From: Octopus bimaculoides
Lineage: Eukaryota
NCBI RefSeq assembly: GCF_001194135.2
Contig: NC_068996.1
Span: 22,415,683-22,479,682, forward strand
Reading direction: 5' to 3'
DNA length: 64,000 nt
Position numbers and translations under genes: made by a program. Under the pieces are notes generated by a model. That model saw nothing but the letters and a program-made list of their open reading frames with translations, made no database searches and was not told the origin of the DNA. Below are positions 39,901 through 51,058 of this stretch, piece after piece (position 1 is the first letter of the stretch; every line of letters starts with the position of its first letter).

Positions 39901-42900
39901 ATCTGAAATCAGTTCAATGTTGTAATGTTTTACAGAAAAATCAGTGTCAGCTAACCATTTATTGTTGACTCATTAAATTGAAACAGTTGTCACCCATATA
40001 TATATATATATATATATATAAATATATATAATAATATTGGGGACAAAATCCAAAATTACAGGTAAAAACTCAATTAAAATCAATTTATAAAAAATTAAAA
40101 TTAAATTGAATTTTATAGATTAGAAAATATATACAAATATATAGTTTTAGGGAAAATAACCAAGTTTCATGAACTCATCGATGAAAATCCACTATCACAT
40201 ATAGAAAAATTAATAATTAAAAGCACAATAAATGAGTATAATATAAAACAAAGTAAATATCATAAGATAAAGATACTATCTTTATCTTATGATATTTATT
40301 TTGTTTTATATTATACTCATTTATTGTGCTTTTAATTATTAATTTTTCTATATGTGATAGTGGATTTTCATCGATTAGTTTCATGAAACTTGGTTATTTT
40401 CCCTAAAACTATATATATATATATTTATACCCCCACTGTACAAAAGAGACCTATAACAATCCTTCTCTTAATGTTGATCACGTCAACAATTAAATTCATT
40501 TAATGATAAATTTTCTCACAGATTTTGCAAAGAGTCCTTACAGAATACAGAATGGCAGTATTCTATATCTCTTCTTTCAAAGTCTTGTTCTAATATTTCT
40601 CAAGTCACTTGAACAAAGTTTTTTTGAGTTATGTAAACCATAACTATCATAGACATGCCACACAATTTTCTTAATTCCTTGACCTAGTTCAGATAGCGTG
40701 GAACTATTTCCATTAGCATTATATGATATAGCAAAGCAGCAAGATGGCAGAGTCATCAGCATGCTGGGATATATGTTTAGTGGCATTTGGTCTGTTTTTA
40801 CACTCTGAGTTCAAATTCCACTGAGGTCAACTTTGCCTTTCATTCTTTTGGGGGGTGAATAAGATAAATACCAGTGGTTGTTGTAATTGATTTATCCCTT
40901 TCGCCAAAATTGTTGGCCTGCTGTAGTTATATAGCAAGATAAAGGTGGTGAACTGGCAGAATTGTTAGCATGCCAGACAAAATGCTTAGGAGCATTTCTT
41001 CTGACTCATTAAGTTCTGTTGAGGTTGATTGCCTTTCATGCTCTCAGAATTGATAAAATAAGTACCAGTTGAGTATTGGGTTGATGTAAATGATTTAACT
41101 GCCCTCAAAATTGCTGATTTTGTGCCTACAACTGAAACATGATATAGCAATATATATAACAATTTATTTGCCCCTATACAGTGGATAGTTACCTGAGAGC
41201 TCCATAAGGTCAAGGTGTTTGATGCTAATCTAAGTATACTGTGGTTTGTTAAATAAATATAGCCGCTCCTGTAAACTGCTTTGCCCAGAGGCCTATATTG
41301 CTGTTAAGACAATCCTGCTACTATATGAGTAATATAATACACTTCAGCTTTTTTCCTGTCATATGATCGATCATATCAGGTCTCTGCTCCAGTACTAAAC
41401 TGTCAGTTCATAACCATGACATGCAAGATCTTACAATAGAACATTTTCAATAAATCTGGGTTGGTAATGTTTCTAATTTTCATATAAATTTCCTCCAAAC
41501 CTCCTAGTATATCTCTTCCCCTACCATGTCATTTTACTTTGTATCCTTTTTGTGCCACTTCCCTACATTAACAGAGTATGTAGCTGACAGTTTTGTCTAC
41601 TTCATTACCGAGATAGTCTATTTATGCTTTAAAGTTTGCTCTTATCATGTGTTTGTTCTTGTTTAGCTATGATAAAGATTTCACTATCCCTCATTAGTTC
41701 ATTTTTCATTTCCACATTGTCTTCTGTTTGTCAACAGGCATAATTCATTCTTTGTCAAGTTCATTTACTTTTTGTTTTGCTATTTCTTTTTCTTTCCTTT
41801 AAGTATTCTCTGTTGGTTTTATGGGTTGCAACAACCTTCAAATGAGTCTTTTTTTAACCACTCTATATCAACTTAGCCTGCAAAGACTTCAACTATGACT
41901 AATTAAATACATTTCATTACTGATGTGAAATATTTGCAAAATAAATGAAAGTAAGGTATGGAAGTGAGGGACAAACAATCTAAGATTTTTTGAAGTCAGC
42001 ACTACTTAAATACCATGTTCGTGATCTTCTTTAGCAGAAAGTGCTCCAGTTTCATTAAGAGATGCATCTCATCAACAGCTTCTATATCAGTAGTTACGAT
42101 GTGTTACATTTGCAATTGCTCACTTCACTCCTCTTCGCATGCATTTCTACACAAGGACAATTCTCCCTTCTACCATCCATGGTGGTAGACTTAGCTGTTA
42201 CACACTGATAAAGTTGTCTAGTCAAGCGAGTATATGACTGTGAAGTAGACAAGGAAATCCTAGACTAAAGGCTTTCTAGTTTGGTACTTTATTTCAGTAA
42301 TGAAATTATACTTCCAATTCTACCTTTGACAATTGTATTTAGTTTGTATCCATTTTGTCTTAAAAAAAACTCCTTATTCCAAATGTTATTCAAGTACTGG
42401 CTTGTTTCATTCACTAAGGGCTGACACTTCAATCTGCTGTTGAGTGAGTTCAGCTATTGATAAAATTTACCTTCATTATTCTTAAATAGTGTATTTTATT
42501 GATATTACTCGATCTATTGTCGATTACTTTCTAGTTTCTCAATCTCATCTATGGCCTTATTTTATTTTCTATTCCCTTGATTACAATTTATCTCAAAAGC
42601 TTGTTTATGATATTATCAACATTACCATTTATACTTTTTCAAGTTCTATAGACACAAAGTCATTTCAACTGGTTGCTATAGTATTATTGCTAAGCAAACA
42701 CTACAGCTTTGAGGAGATACATGACAGAAATGTCAAACTTTTCAAGAATAAACAAGATGACAGTAAGCAGAGTAACAAGATGCATTTGTTCCATCTAAAA
42801 TGAACAAATATAAAACAATTCTACTATATGTGACAACAGGACAACGATGAATATAAATTAGTTACTATACATATTTAGTTACGGATGAATACAGCATTCA

Positions 42901-45900
42901 GTTTTCTTCTGAAAGCATGATAATAACAACAGATTCCCAAGCAAGGGAGTGGACATAACAGATAAGGCACAACTTGAATAATGCAGACAAAAATAATCTA
43001 ATAATGATATTATTACATTATAAATTGTTTAAGACAACACAGGTGACCTCAAAAGTACTTGTGAGCCAAAGATTAAGGAAAACAGCTGCACACTTCACCA
43101 TCATCAAATTCCTATGACTTCTCCACTAGTACATTTAAGAGGCTGGTATTCAAGAAGCAGTAAGGGTAGGGTTTCAGTGAACTGAATGACTGTGAAAATA
43201 TTGATGAATAAATAAAACACAAAGTAGAAATATAATACAATTAGTAAGAGTAAACAGATGAAGCTCTATTGTTAATATATATTCACTGACTGACTGAGAG
43301 AGATGTAAAAGAACCAGTTCTGCAGATCTATTCAAGCTGCACACAGAATAGAAAAACTGGTCAGAAGTTAAATAGCTCATGCCACTAATAATTGTGTAAC
43401 TAAGCAAGTTATATTAAATTTTCTCTAACCAACAGGACTGAATGAAAGAAAAAAAAAAGTGTTCTAATTTCTTGAGCTGACATCTATCTGTGGCAAACAC
43501 AAATCTATGGAATTATCTACTAAACAACAAGACTGAAAATATGTTCTTTTATTCTTTTTACTTGCTTCAGTCATTTGACTGTGGCTATGCTGGAGCACAA
43601 CTTTTAATCAAGCAAATCGACTCCAGGACTTATTCTATTGGTCTCTTTGCCGAACAGCTAAGTTATGGGGATGTAAACACACCAGCATCGGTTGTCAAGC
43701 GATGTTGAAGGAACAAATAGGCACATGGGCTTCTTTCAGTTTCCGTCTGCCAAATTCACTCACAATGCTTTGGTTGGCCCAATGCTATAGTAGAAGACAT
43801 TTGCTCAAGATGTCATGCAGTGGGACTGAACCTGGAACCATGTGGTTGGGAAATGTCTTCAGTTTTTCACATCAACTTGTCTGAGATCACCTCAGATACC
43901 CCAGATTCTCTGCAATGAATTTCTTGCTTTTAAGTAAATAAACAACCATCATTAAAATCTCATGTTAATTTGTGTTCCAAACATTAGATTAATAATGACA
44001 AAGCTATATTAATAAATTCTTCAAACTAAGGTGCATATATGGATATGTGGTAATTTTAAAACCTAATTTGCAATCAGTCTTGGGTTCAGTCCCACTGTGC
44101 AGCACCTTGGGTAAGTTCCTTGTACTATAGCCCTGGGCTGACCATGCTTGCAAGTGAATTTGGTAGATAGAAACTGCATGTGTGTGTGTGTCTATGTTCC
44201 CCACCTCACCATTTCACAACTGGTGTTGGTTGGTCTATCCACTACAAAACTTAGCAAGCAGTCTGGCAGAAGAGATTGCTAGAATAAGTACCCTAAGTAC
44301 TGGGGTTGATTCATTCTATTAAACCCTTCAAGGTAGTGCCCTAAAATGGCCACAGTCTAATGACTGAAACACGGTAAAAGCAGTGTATTTCAACAGATCT
44401 ATAGTAATGAAAAGGTTAAATACTAAAAGGGAAAAAAAATCCATTCACAAAGCTTTGGTTTGCCACAAGCTGCAGTAGAAGACATTTGCCCAAATAGGAC
44501 TAAACCTGAAACCATGAGATTTCAAACATCCCAACCAAAAAGCTACATTTGTGCCTTGTAATGTAAATATTAAAAATCACTTCACTCTTAAAAGCAAGGT
44601 CAATAGTTTGTATGATTATTAACTGTTAACAACAACTAAATCATTGGGTACGTAGTTATCTTTAGCAGTATCTCTTAACTTTAAAATAGGATTAAATAAA
44701 TAATAAAGTACTCTCTCTGTTACTGACTTTAGTTTTTTCATTCATGTGACACTATAAGCTAAGAGACAAGACACCAACCAACCAACCAACAAGACTAAAA
44801 TACAAATGAATACAAAAATAAATAAATAAATAAATAAATAAGCTCATTATTTCTTATACAATTTAATCTAAGCTTATTAAAGTACTGGTGAGCAGTGTCT
44901 ATGTACTGGTTGCAATTCCTAGCTGAAAGCCAAATAACTTTATGCTGCTTGCACCCTATTGAATTTCCCAGCCTTGTTCTGAAATTTGAATGCTAGAGTG
45001 AAACCATCACCTAGTTTTATGAGGGTCTTTAGTGAAGTCTACAATGTTGTAGGCAATCAGATCTATTCTCTGATCTAAAGATAACTTCCTTCTACCAGCC
45101 TCAAAGGCTTAAAAATTGCTAAGTTTGTTGCCTTTCCTCTTCTTACCAAACCATAGCATACACACATAATTTAACATCTGTTTTACATACTGGCATAACT
45201 TGAATGGTTTGACAGAATCCAACAAGCCACAAGGACTATGTCAAGCTCTAATGTCAGCCTTGGCCTGGTTTCTATGGATGGATGCCCTTTCTAATACCAA
45301 CCACTCTACATTGTGTACTAAGTGCTTTTTTTTTTATACCACTGGCACTAGTGAGACTGCCCAATAACTTGCAAGACAAGAAAAGAAAAAAACAAACCCT
45401 TGACTGAGTGATGGTGTATTTGAGAGAGAGGGGAAGTAGCTTTATGCCAAGTGTTGAGAGGCTAAAGTATGAAAGAGGGACTAGCACATGTGATTTGCTA
45501 CAGAGGAGATACTTGGTTACTCTTAGAGCATTGGACAAAATGTCTTGCAATATTTCTTCCGGTTAATTACATTCAGAGTTCAAATTCCACCAAGGTTGAC
45601 ATTGCCTTTCATCCTTTTGTGATTAAATAAGTACCAGTTAAACACTGAGGACAAGCTAATCAACTTACTTCCTCTTTCTAAATTTTCTGGACTTGGACCA
45701 AAATTTTAAATCATATAAGCATTGGTGGGAGTAGCAGGAAAGATAAAGATGGTAGTAACAAGGTGCCAAAGCAAACTTTCAAGGTACAAGATAGTATAAG
45801 AGAGTATGACTAGAGCAGTGGGTCTTAACCGGGGTCCATATGGCCTCTGATGATCCATATCAGATTTTTGGGGGTCCACACAACAGTAGTATTTTGAGGT

Positions 45901-48900
45901 TCCTTTAAAATATTTTGCTTTAGATATAGGTATGTATTGCAAGTAACATCTAGACTTCTTTCTCTAACATTTTACACAGTTGAACCTAAACCAATTAATG
46001 TGTGAAAACATTAATAAATACCTTTCTATAAAACTAGTTTTTAAAAATTTAATGGCTAGAAGAGTCCACCAGAATAAAATAGCAATCAAAGGGAGTACAT
46101 AGATAAAAAAAGGTTGAGAACCCCTGGACTAGAGGATGAGGTGGGAAGAGAAGGAAGGTAATTTCATAAGTGCAAAAAAGATAGGAACAGATGGTTAGAA
46201 TGAGAGTGGAATGTAGTGAGTGATGAACAGAGTAGAAGAAGGGAGTGACAAGCAGCAATCTGTAGATAGATCAGAAAGTGAAGAGGTGATGTGCAGGAGA
46301 GGGTGAAGGACAGAGAGAGGAGATGTGGTGAATGCTTGACAAGGCAGGGCCTAGCATGTACAGACATAAACAAAATGCTTTTAGGACTCCATGAATCTGA
46401 GTTGAGAAATTTGCTGCACAATCATAAGGCTTCTCGTCCTGTCCCACAGTGAGGCATTTTTGGACACAAATCTATAGCCCGGGCCAATCAAAGCTCTGTG
46501 AGTGAGTTTGGAAGGAGGAAGAAAGAAGTTCATCGTAGATGCATGTGTTTGCATGCACACATATAGGTGTGTGATTGTTTACATTTATGCTTCTCTGCAA
46601 ATGAGCTATAAGCAGTGACACTGTTGAAATTACGCCTATCATTATATTATTCCTTGGCCTCGCATCTTTGAAGACATGCAAACTAAGAGACCTTCTGCTT
46701 GAAAAACATGTAAGAGATAGAGTAAGAAGGGCATCCAGATGTACAACAGTGCCCAATAACAACTGTTTAACTCTTGCTAGCATAGAAAAACAGAGAAAAA
46801 TGAATGAAGAGGTGTGTAGGACAACTTTTAGTCTTGTCTAGTGCTGGTGACATAATAAAATGCACACAGAACACACTGTAAAGTAGTTCATGACAAAGAT
46901 TATCCAGTCAGAGAAAACAAATCAAAAATGAAAAATATATGAATGAGATGTGGTCCTGCAAGTTATCTTAGGTAAGCAGTAACTTTATATAAGAACTGAT
47001 GCAAACTTTCATGACATGTCAAACCCATGGCAGCAGAGAAAACGGCTGTAAAATGATTATGAAATACAAATCATACATGTTGTGAATTTCTGTCACAATC
47101 AACAAAGTTTTGACCTGTTCACAGCAGAAGTGTTAAGGCCACTCCTCCTGATGAAGAGGACTGGCTTGCAAGAGCCCTGTGCCAGTGCCACGTTAAAAAC
47201 GCCCAGTGCACACTGTAAAGTGGTTGGCGTTAGGAAGGACATCCAGCCGTAGAAACCATACCAAAGCAGACTGGAACCTGGTGCAGCTCTCTGGCTTGCC
47301 AGCTCCCAACTCATGCTAGCACGGAAAACGGATGTTAAAGGATAACATGATGATGATGATGATACAACATTTTATTTGATTAGTGATACAAATTAGAAAG
47401 TTTCACACCTCATTTCACTAGCTTCACTCAAGGAAACACATTAGCATTACGTCACTAAAAAAATCTTCATAAGTAATATACTTAAGGGTGTGCAACACCC
47501 TTGAGTTTTATTGTAAACAGGATCTACACATTAAGAATGAGTCAGTGAGAAAGCCTCTATACGCCGGCTCGGAATGCTAGAAATAATAGTTAAATCTCTT
47601 TCAAATCATGCGGTCTTAAAAAATAATTGCGTAATGTAGCCCTGATATAAGAAAAAAAAAACGAGATAATCACAGCTGGAATGCATGTGAACATAGATCT
47701 CCTGGATCACGGCTGATTTAGGGTTTAAACAACAAAATTATGTGAGATCACGAAATATACAAACTCAAACGTTTTGTAAAAAATAAGTTTAACCCTTTAG
47801 CATTTAAACCGTCCATATCAAGTTTATATATTCTTACCTGTTATATATTCATAATTGACCAGATCCGGTCTCTCACGCCTACCTTACAATATCATTCTAA
47901 AAATAAGCAACCACATCATCGAATCCTCAAAGCTATGAGATAATGGATGATTAATTCAACACTATGAATAAATTAAGCATAACATTTCAGAGTAATCTGA
48001 ATACTAAAACGTTGAAGTGACTGTAATTATCATAATGACCCGGAAAACATGAAATGACGTTCGAAAAAAACTTTTGCCCTGCCTTACTCTTAAATAGTAC
48101 GGATACATTTTGGACCACGTGTTTCCATGATAATGGACAACTTTTACATTCTTCTCTCTTTCTATTGGCTCAGTCAGTCTTTCATCCGTTTTTATGCTAT
48201 GACTGTTTATCCAAACGGCTACATTAACGTACAGTCAGGTGAAATATTTACAACCCTGAGATGTCACAATAAAGGGAAGACTTCTAAAGTGAAAGTGGAG
48301 ATCATTCACTGACTGGTATAACTAGTGTGTGTGTGTGTGTGTGTGTGTTTGGAACAGAATGAATAAGATTTACTGTATTTAACTTCGAGAGAAAAAAAAA
48401 TTACAAATGTTCACTACCTTACAAAAACTATACTAGCTAATCAAATGATCTCCTCTAAATGCATTAAAAAACTATATTAAATATTCAGAATACTATTTTA
48501 GAAACTTATCAGAAACGTTTGTAGGCTCAAACGTTCTGTTTGAGCATACAAATTAAAAATTTAGCTGCGGCAAAATGACTAAGACAAGATATGATAAATT
48601 TGCCTTTTCAATTCTTCAAAATTACATTTGAAAAAAAACAAACTTGCATGTCAATATCCATCAGAAAGATCAGAATTGCAACAAAAATTTTATATACCAT
48701 AGGTCAGGGGAAAATGGCACACGATATGAAATTAACGAAATTCGACCAAATCTAAAAACTAAACATAAAATATCCTTTATAACTTCATGATATACTGGAG
48801 TGGGTGGAGGCGCAATGGCCCAGTGGTTAGGACAGCAGACTCACGGTTTCAATTCCCAGACCGGGTGTTGTGAGTGTTTATTGAGCAAAAACACCTAAAG

Positions 48901-51058
48901 CTCCACGAGGCTCCGGCAGGGGATGGTGGCGAACCCTGCTGTACTCTTTCACCACAACTTTCTCTCACTCTTACTTCCTGTTTCTGTTGTACCTGTAATT
49001 CAAAGGGTCAGCCTTGTCACACTGTGTCACGCTGAATATCCCCGTGAACTACGTTAAGGGTACGTGTCTGTGGAGTGCTCAGCCACTTGCACGTTAATTT
49101 CACGAGCAGGCTGTTCCGTTGATCGGATCAACTGGAACCCTCGACGTCGTAAGCGACGGAATACCAACAACAACTGGAATGGATTTCTTCCAAATATATT
49201 TACGTAATGTGCAGTTAAAAAGAAGAAATCAATGAAATTTGTCATTACTCATTTTGACTCCTTTTTGAAAACTGAAAATCATTAAAGTTGATAGTGAGAG
49301 GAAAAAATTGACTTGAAATCCGTTGGAGAAAAGAATATTGACTACAAAACACCAAAAATTATCCAGATATTTTATCAGCAATTTCAATTATAATCGGTTT
49401 AAATTTCTTGAAAAGAAAAAAGTACCTGTCAAATGTTTCAAACTCTCTAAACCTCAACAACTATCCTGACCAAGTTTTACTCCTAAAGGCGATGCAACAG
49501 TACAAAATGATTATGCAGTACTTTAAGATTGAATGGTTTCAAGCAGGTAAAGAGAAAATAACAAGAAATCAGAAATTACTCATTACGCATCGCCCCTACC
49601 TATGAAACGTTAGCACTTCTAGAACTATGGTGTTGATGGTACTTGAGTTAAACTAATTTCTTTAGACACCCCTACCCTACTCCAGAGAATACTGATGTAG
49701 TATTTACGTTACACAGATTTTAATACAATAGTATTAAAATCGGCAAAGAAGGATTCCAGTCCTTGTTGGGACTTTTAACAATCAAAAAAATACTGCTTTA
49801 CCTTGAAATATTAATTTCACATAACTTGAAATAATAGATTTGACAGTCAAAAAATTTTAAACTATACCAAATGGGAGGGAACGGGACGCACTCCCCCTCG
49901 GGCGCGCTTTTATAGTGGCGGCATCTTTTGGATCTGCTGTACAAGTCTATAATAGGTTTGGGGACCCGGGAGCAGCAAACTCAAGGGCTTACCCAAGTGG
50001 TACACACTCTAGTTATGCTACTGATCAAATGAAAGTAGCACATGACAATTTTCAAGTGTTTTTTTAGAAATGTCATTAAAAAAAAAAAAATTAAAAAAAA
50101 TTAGAGCCAAAACAATAGATACTTATGTCATAAGATTAACTCAAATAATAAATAAAAAAATATAGAACGAATGAATTTTTAAAAAATTGACTGAAATTTA
50201 AAATGGTTTGAACATGGTGCATATAAACGAAATTTTTACTGTTACATAAAAGAATGTTTTACTGAAGGGAAACACTTATTTCACTCTCCACAAACACATA
50301 AAACAGACTGTTAATTAAAAATATTATTAACTTCGTTTAAGTTAATCATTTACAGTTTGTTAGCATCTATTTGTATTTTTCTTCATTGCGGATGTTATCA
50401 CAACGGGTTTATTCTGATATACGGTAAAATCAGCAATTAGAAGAAACAATGACCTACAATTAATTTTAACTTTTCTTGGAATAAAAACAATCTCTCAAGG
50501 GGTAATGAAATATTTCACTATAAACTTACGTTAATTTTGATAATGTATGAAGCTGGTAGGAAGGAGGTTCCAGTTAGGAAAATTTGTAGCGAAAACTTTT
50601 TTTTTCACGAATTGATAATGAATATAAAGTATAATGCCGATGATCATGTTTTGCCTGATAACAATATCGAGTGAAAACAGCCAATCCATTAAAAGGTATT
50701 AAATAATTGACAGTATTGAGAGAACAATCAGAGGCAAACAAACTGCAGCCCGTGGAACTTTCTGAACGGCACACCAACGAAAAATTACTTTGAATTTCAT
50801 TAAAAAAAATTTTTTAGTAACACGGGGCCGCCCGATGAGGAGCTGTGTCTCATGCAACCCGCTTCTCGGAAAAGTTTGGTCATGCTTGGTATAGAAATAT
50901 ATAAACAAATAAGCCTTGTCGAATTTATTACTCACCTCAAAAAATTTTAATAAACACGTATTGTAATCTAATGATGCGGCATTCTGTTCAGACGATGGTA
51001 CTGTAGTCCGGTGAGTAATTAGAGTCACATCAGACGGCTTTTGGTGTGAGTTACCCAT
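13709..51058 (-). CDS. Spliced gene (12 coding exons, 470 aa): TLDc-domain protein of the Rtc5/mEAK7 type with MGNS N-terminus
   Basis: Manual exon chain: 50936-51058, 31971-32036, 31423-31624, 29373-29485, 27437-27568, 26193-26381, 25865-25935, 23046-23144, 20232-20305, 18398-18552, 16741-16833, 13709-13804. All introns are GT..AG, phases match, and the total is 1413 nt with no internal stop. TLDc hallmarks: WNLLYNSNDHGLSMNRF, YGNDQCLLIQLLP, KGIQIG, RVEVWGCGG. Confidence 0.93.
14120..14290 (+). mobile_element. Mariner transposase C-terminal remnant
   Basis: Reads FYCKGIDKLVECWQEVVSNKGEY, the typical mariner C-terminus. Confidence 0.75.
14516..14764. mobile_element. hAT-type MITE
   Basis: TIRs cagtggttctcaa / ttgagcacactg; same family as 45816-46126. 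Confidence 0.75.
14892..15205 (-). mobile_element. (GAT)n-tailed retroposon copy
   Basis: Matches 604-900. Confidence 0.85.
16102..16473 (+). mobile_element. OR2-type tRNA-headed SINE
   Basis: A-box tggcccagtgg, (CAA)n tail; near-identical to 16977-17360 and 48804-49173. Confidence 0.9.
16741..16833 (-). CDS. TLDc gene exon 12: VWGCGGPGALEAQIKQKQWEIKDTQKHRTKK
   Basis: tatttcaag| acceptor, |gtaaaa donor, 93 nt, phase 0-0; completes the VEVW motif that ends TLDc. Confidence 0.94.
16977..17360 (+). mobile_element. OR2-type SINE, full length
   Basis: As above, with a complete tRNA-like head. Confidence 0.9.
17370..17685 (+). mobile_element. Older diverged SINE sharing the OR2-type 3' half
   Basis: Degenerate match to 17190-17360, in tandem. 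Confidence 0.75.
18398..18552 (-). CDS. TLDc gene exon 11: AGPNMLLWNEHNREMKKGIQIG...LHRVE
   Basis: gtttatatag| acceptor, |gtaagt donor, 155 nt, phase 1-0. Confidence 0.93.
19200..19800 (-). mobile_element. Purine-skewed decayed LINE remnant; similar tracts at 26560-26940, 38400-38880, 46130-46420 and 62100-62660
   Basis: Strong GA skew; low-complexity S/L/H/P/T-rich antisense ORFs; recurrent composition; family not determined. Confidence 0.45.
20232..20305 (-). CDS. TLDc gene exon 10: EGSRRYGNDQCLLIQLLPIYRVMQ
   Basis: cacttccag| acceptor, |gtaagt donor, 74 nt, phase 2-1. Confidence 0.93.
20455..21410 (+). mobile_element. Internally deleted mariner element in intron 9
   Basis: HTH KTQVNKWFSCFRNG; C-terminal PPYSPNL...CMASNGEYFEG; TIR end gggtacctccttgta. 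Confidence 0.88.
23046..23144 (-). CDS. TLDc gene exon 9: FSHHVSSYKGSCVTLL...SDCGWR
   Basis: ttttaatag| acceptor, |gtaac donor, 99 nt, phase 2-2. Confidence 0.93.
25586..25744 (+). mobile_element. (GAT)n-tailed retroposon 3' end in intron 8
   Basis: Matches 150-314. Confidence 0.85.
25865..25935 (-). CDS. TLDc gene exon 8 (start of TLDc): ARLPHCQTWNLLYNSNDHGLSMNR
   Basis: gtccccag| acceptor, |gtaaag donor, 71 nt, phase 0-2; W-x-LLY-x-S-xx-HG-x-S motif. Confidence 0.95.
26193..26381 (-). CDS. TLDc gene exon 7: VTTAVPELDHILK...VQDLLQK
   Basis: ctccttgcag| acceptor, |gtaagt donor, 189 nt, phase 0-0. Confidence 0.9.
27437..27568 (-). CDS. TLDc gene exon 6: FGIQESISYEDFERWMEKHCPHLF...SHTEE
   Basis: tatttcag| acceptor, |gtgagt donor, 132 nt, phase 0-0. 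Confidence 0.92.
27995..28380 (-). mobile_element. (GAT)n-tailed retroposon in intron 5
   Basis: Matches 604-960. Confidence 0.88.
28896..29103. mobile_element. piggyBac-type MITE with TTAA TSD
   Basis: ttaa|ccctttag ... ctaaaggg|ttaa; further copies at 35458-35656 and 47793-48012. Confidence 0.85.
29373..29485 (-). CDS. TLDc gene exon 5: DSRDLVVVCYALAL...EAMVNSM
   Basis: attttgcag| acceptor, |gtgagt donor, 113 nt, phase 1-0. Confidence 0.92.
31423..31624 (-). CDS. TLDc gene exon 4: NTFHGPLKLFGKILY...KDVLTKD
   Basis: tattttacag| acceptor, |gtaaga donor, 202 nt, phase 0-1; lies inside track ORF 31364..31642. Confidence 0.93.
31971..32036 (-). CDS. TLDc gene exon 3: KLELTADEGNVYPGVLSRKAFE
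   Basis: ttttcaag| acceptor, |gtaaat donor, 66 nt, phase 0-0. Confidence 0.9.
35930..36315 (-). mobile_element. OK-type tRNA-headed SINE, full length
   Basis: Head gcaggagtggctgtgtgg with B-box ggttcagtcc on the minus strand. Confidence 0.9.
37177..37635 (+). mobile_element. OK-type SINE interrupted by a (GAT)n-element fragment at 37322-37427
   Basis: Inverted copy of 35930-36315 with a ~105-bp insert. Confidence 0.88.
40141..40412. repeat. Near-perfect ~270-bp palindrome
   Basis: Arms of ~135 bp centred at 40276 (aagataaagata-c-tatctttatctt); about 3 differences. Confidence 0.95.
43555..43855 (-). mobile_element. OK-type SINE, diverged
   Basis: Matches 35930-36315 with CpG decay. Confidence 0.8.
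45816..46126. mobile_element. hAT MITE with perfect 8-bp TSD
   Basis: gactagag|cagtgggtcttaa ... ttgagaacccctg|gactagag. Confidence 0.9.
48804..49173 (+). mobile_element. OR2-type SINE
   Basis: Near-identical to 16102-16473. Confidence 0.9.
50729..50888. mobile_element. hAT-type MITE remnant
   Basis: Degenerate TIRs cagaggcaaacaaact / aagtttggtcatgcttg; TSD not recognisable. Confidence 0.5.
50936..51058 (-). CDS. TLDc gene exon 2 (start): MGNSHQKPSD...CLLKFFE
   Basis: ATG at 51058; donor GAG|gtgagt at 50935; upstream acceptor tctttctttcag at 51091-51092; phase-0 join gives ...KFFE-KLELT... Confidence 0.85.

Noticed and set aside
39812-39906. Box C/D snoRNA-like GTGATGA...CTGA
   Set aside because: No convincing terminal stem or recognisable rRNA guide; such motifs are frequent by chance
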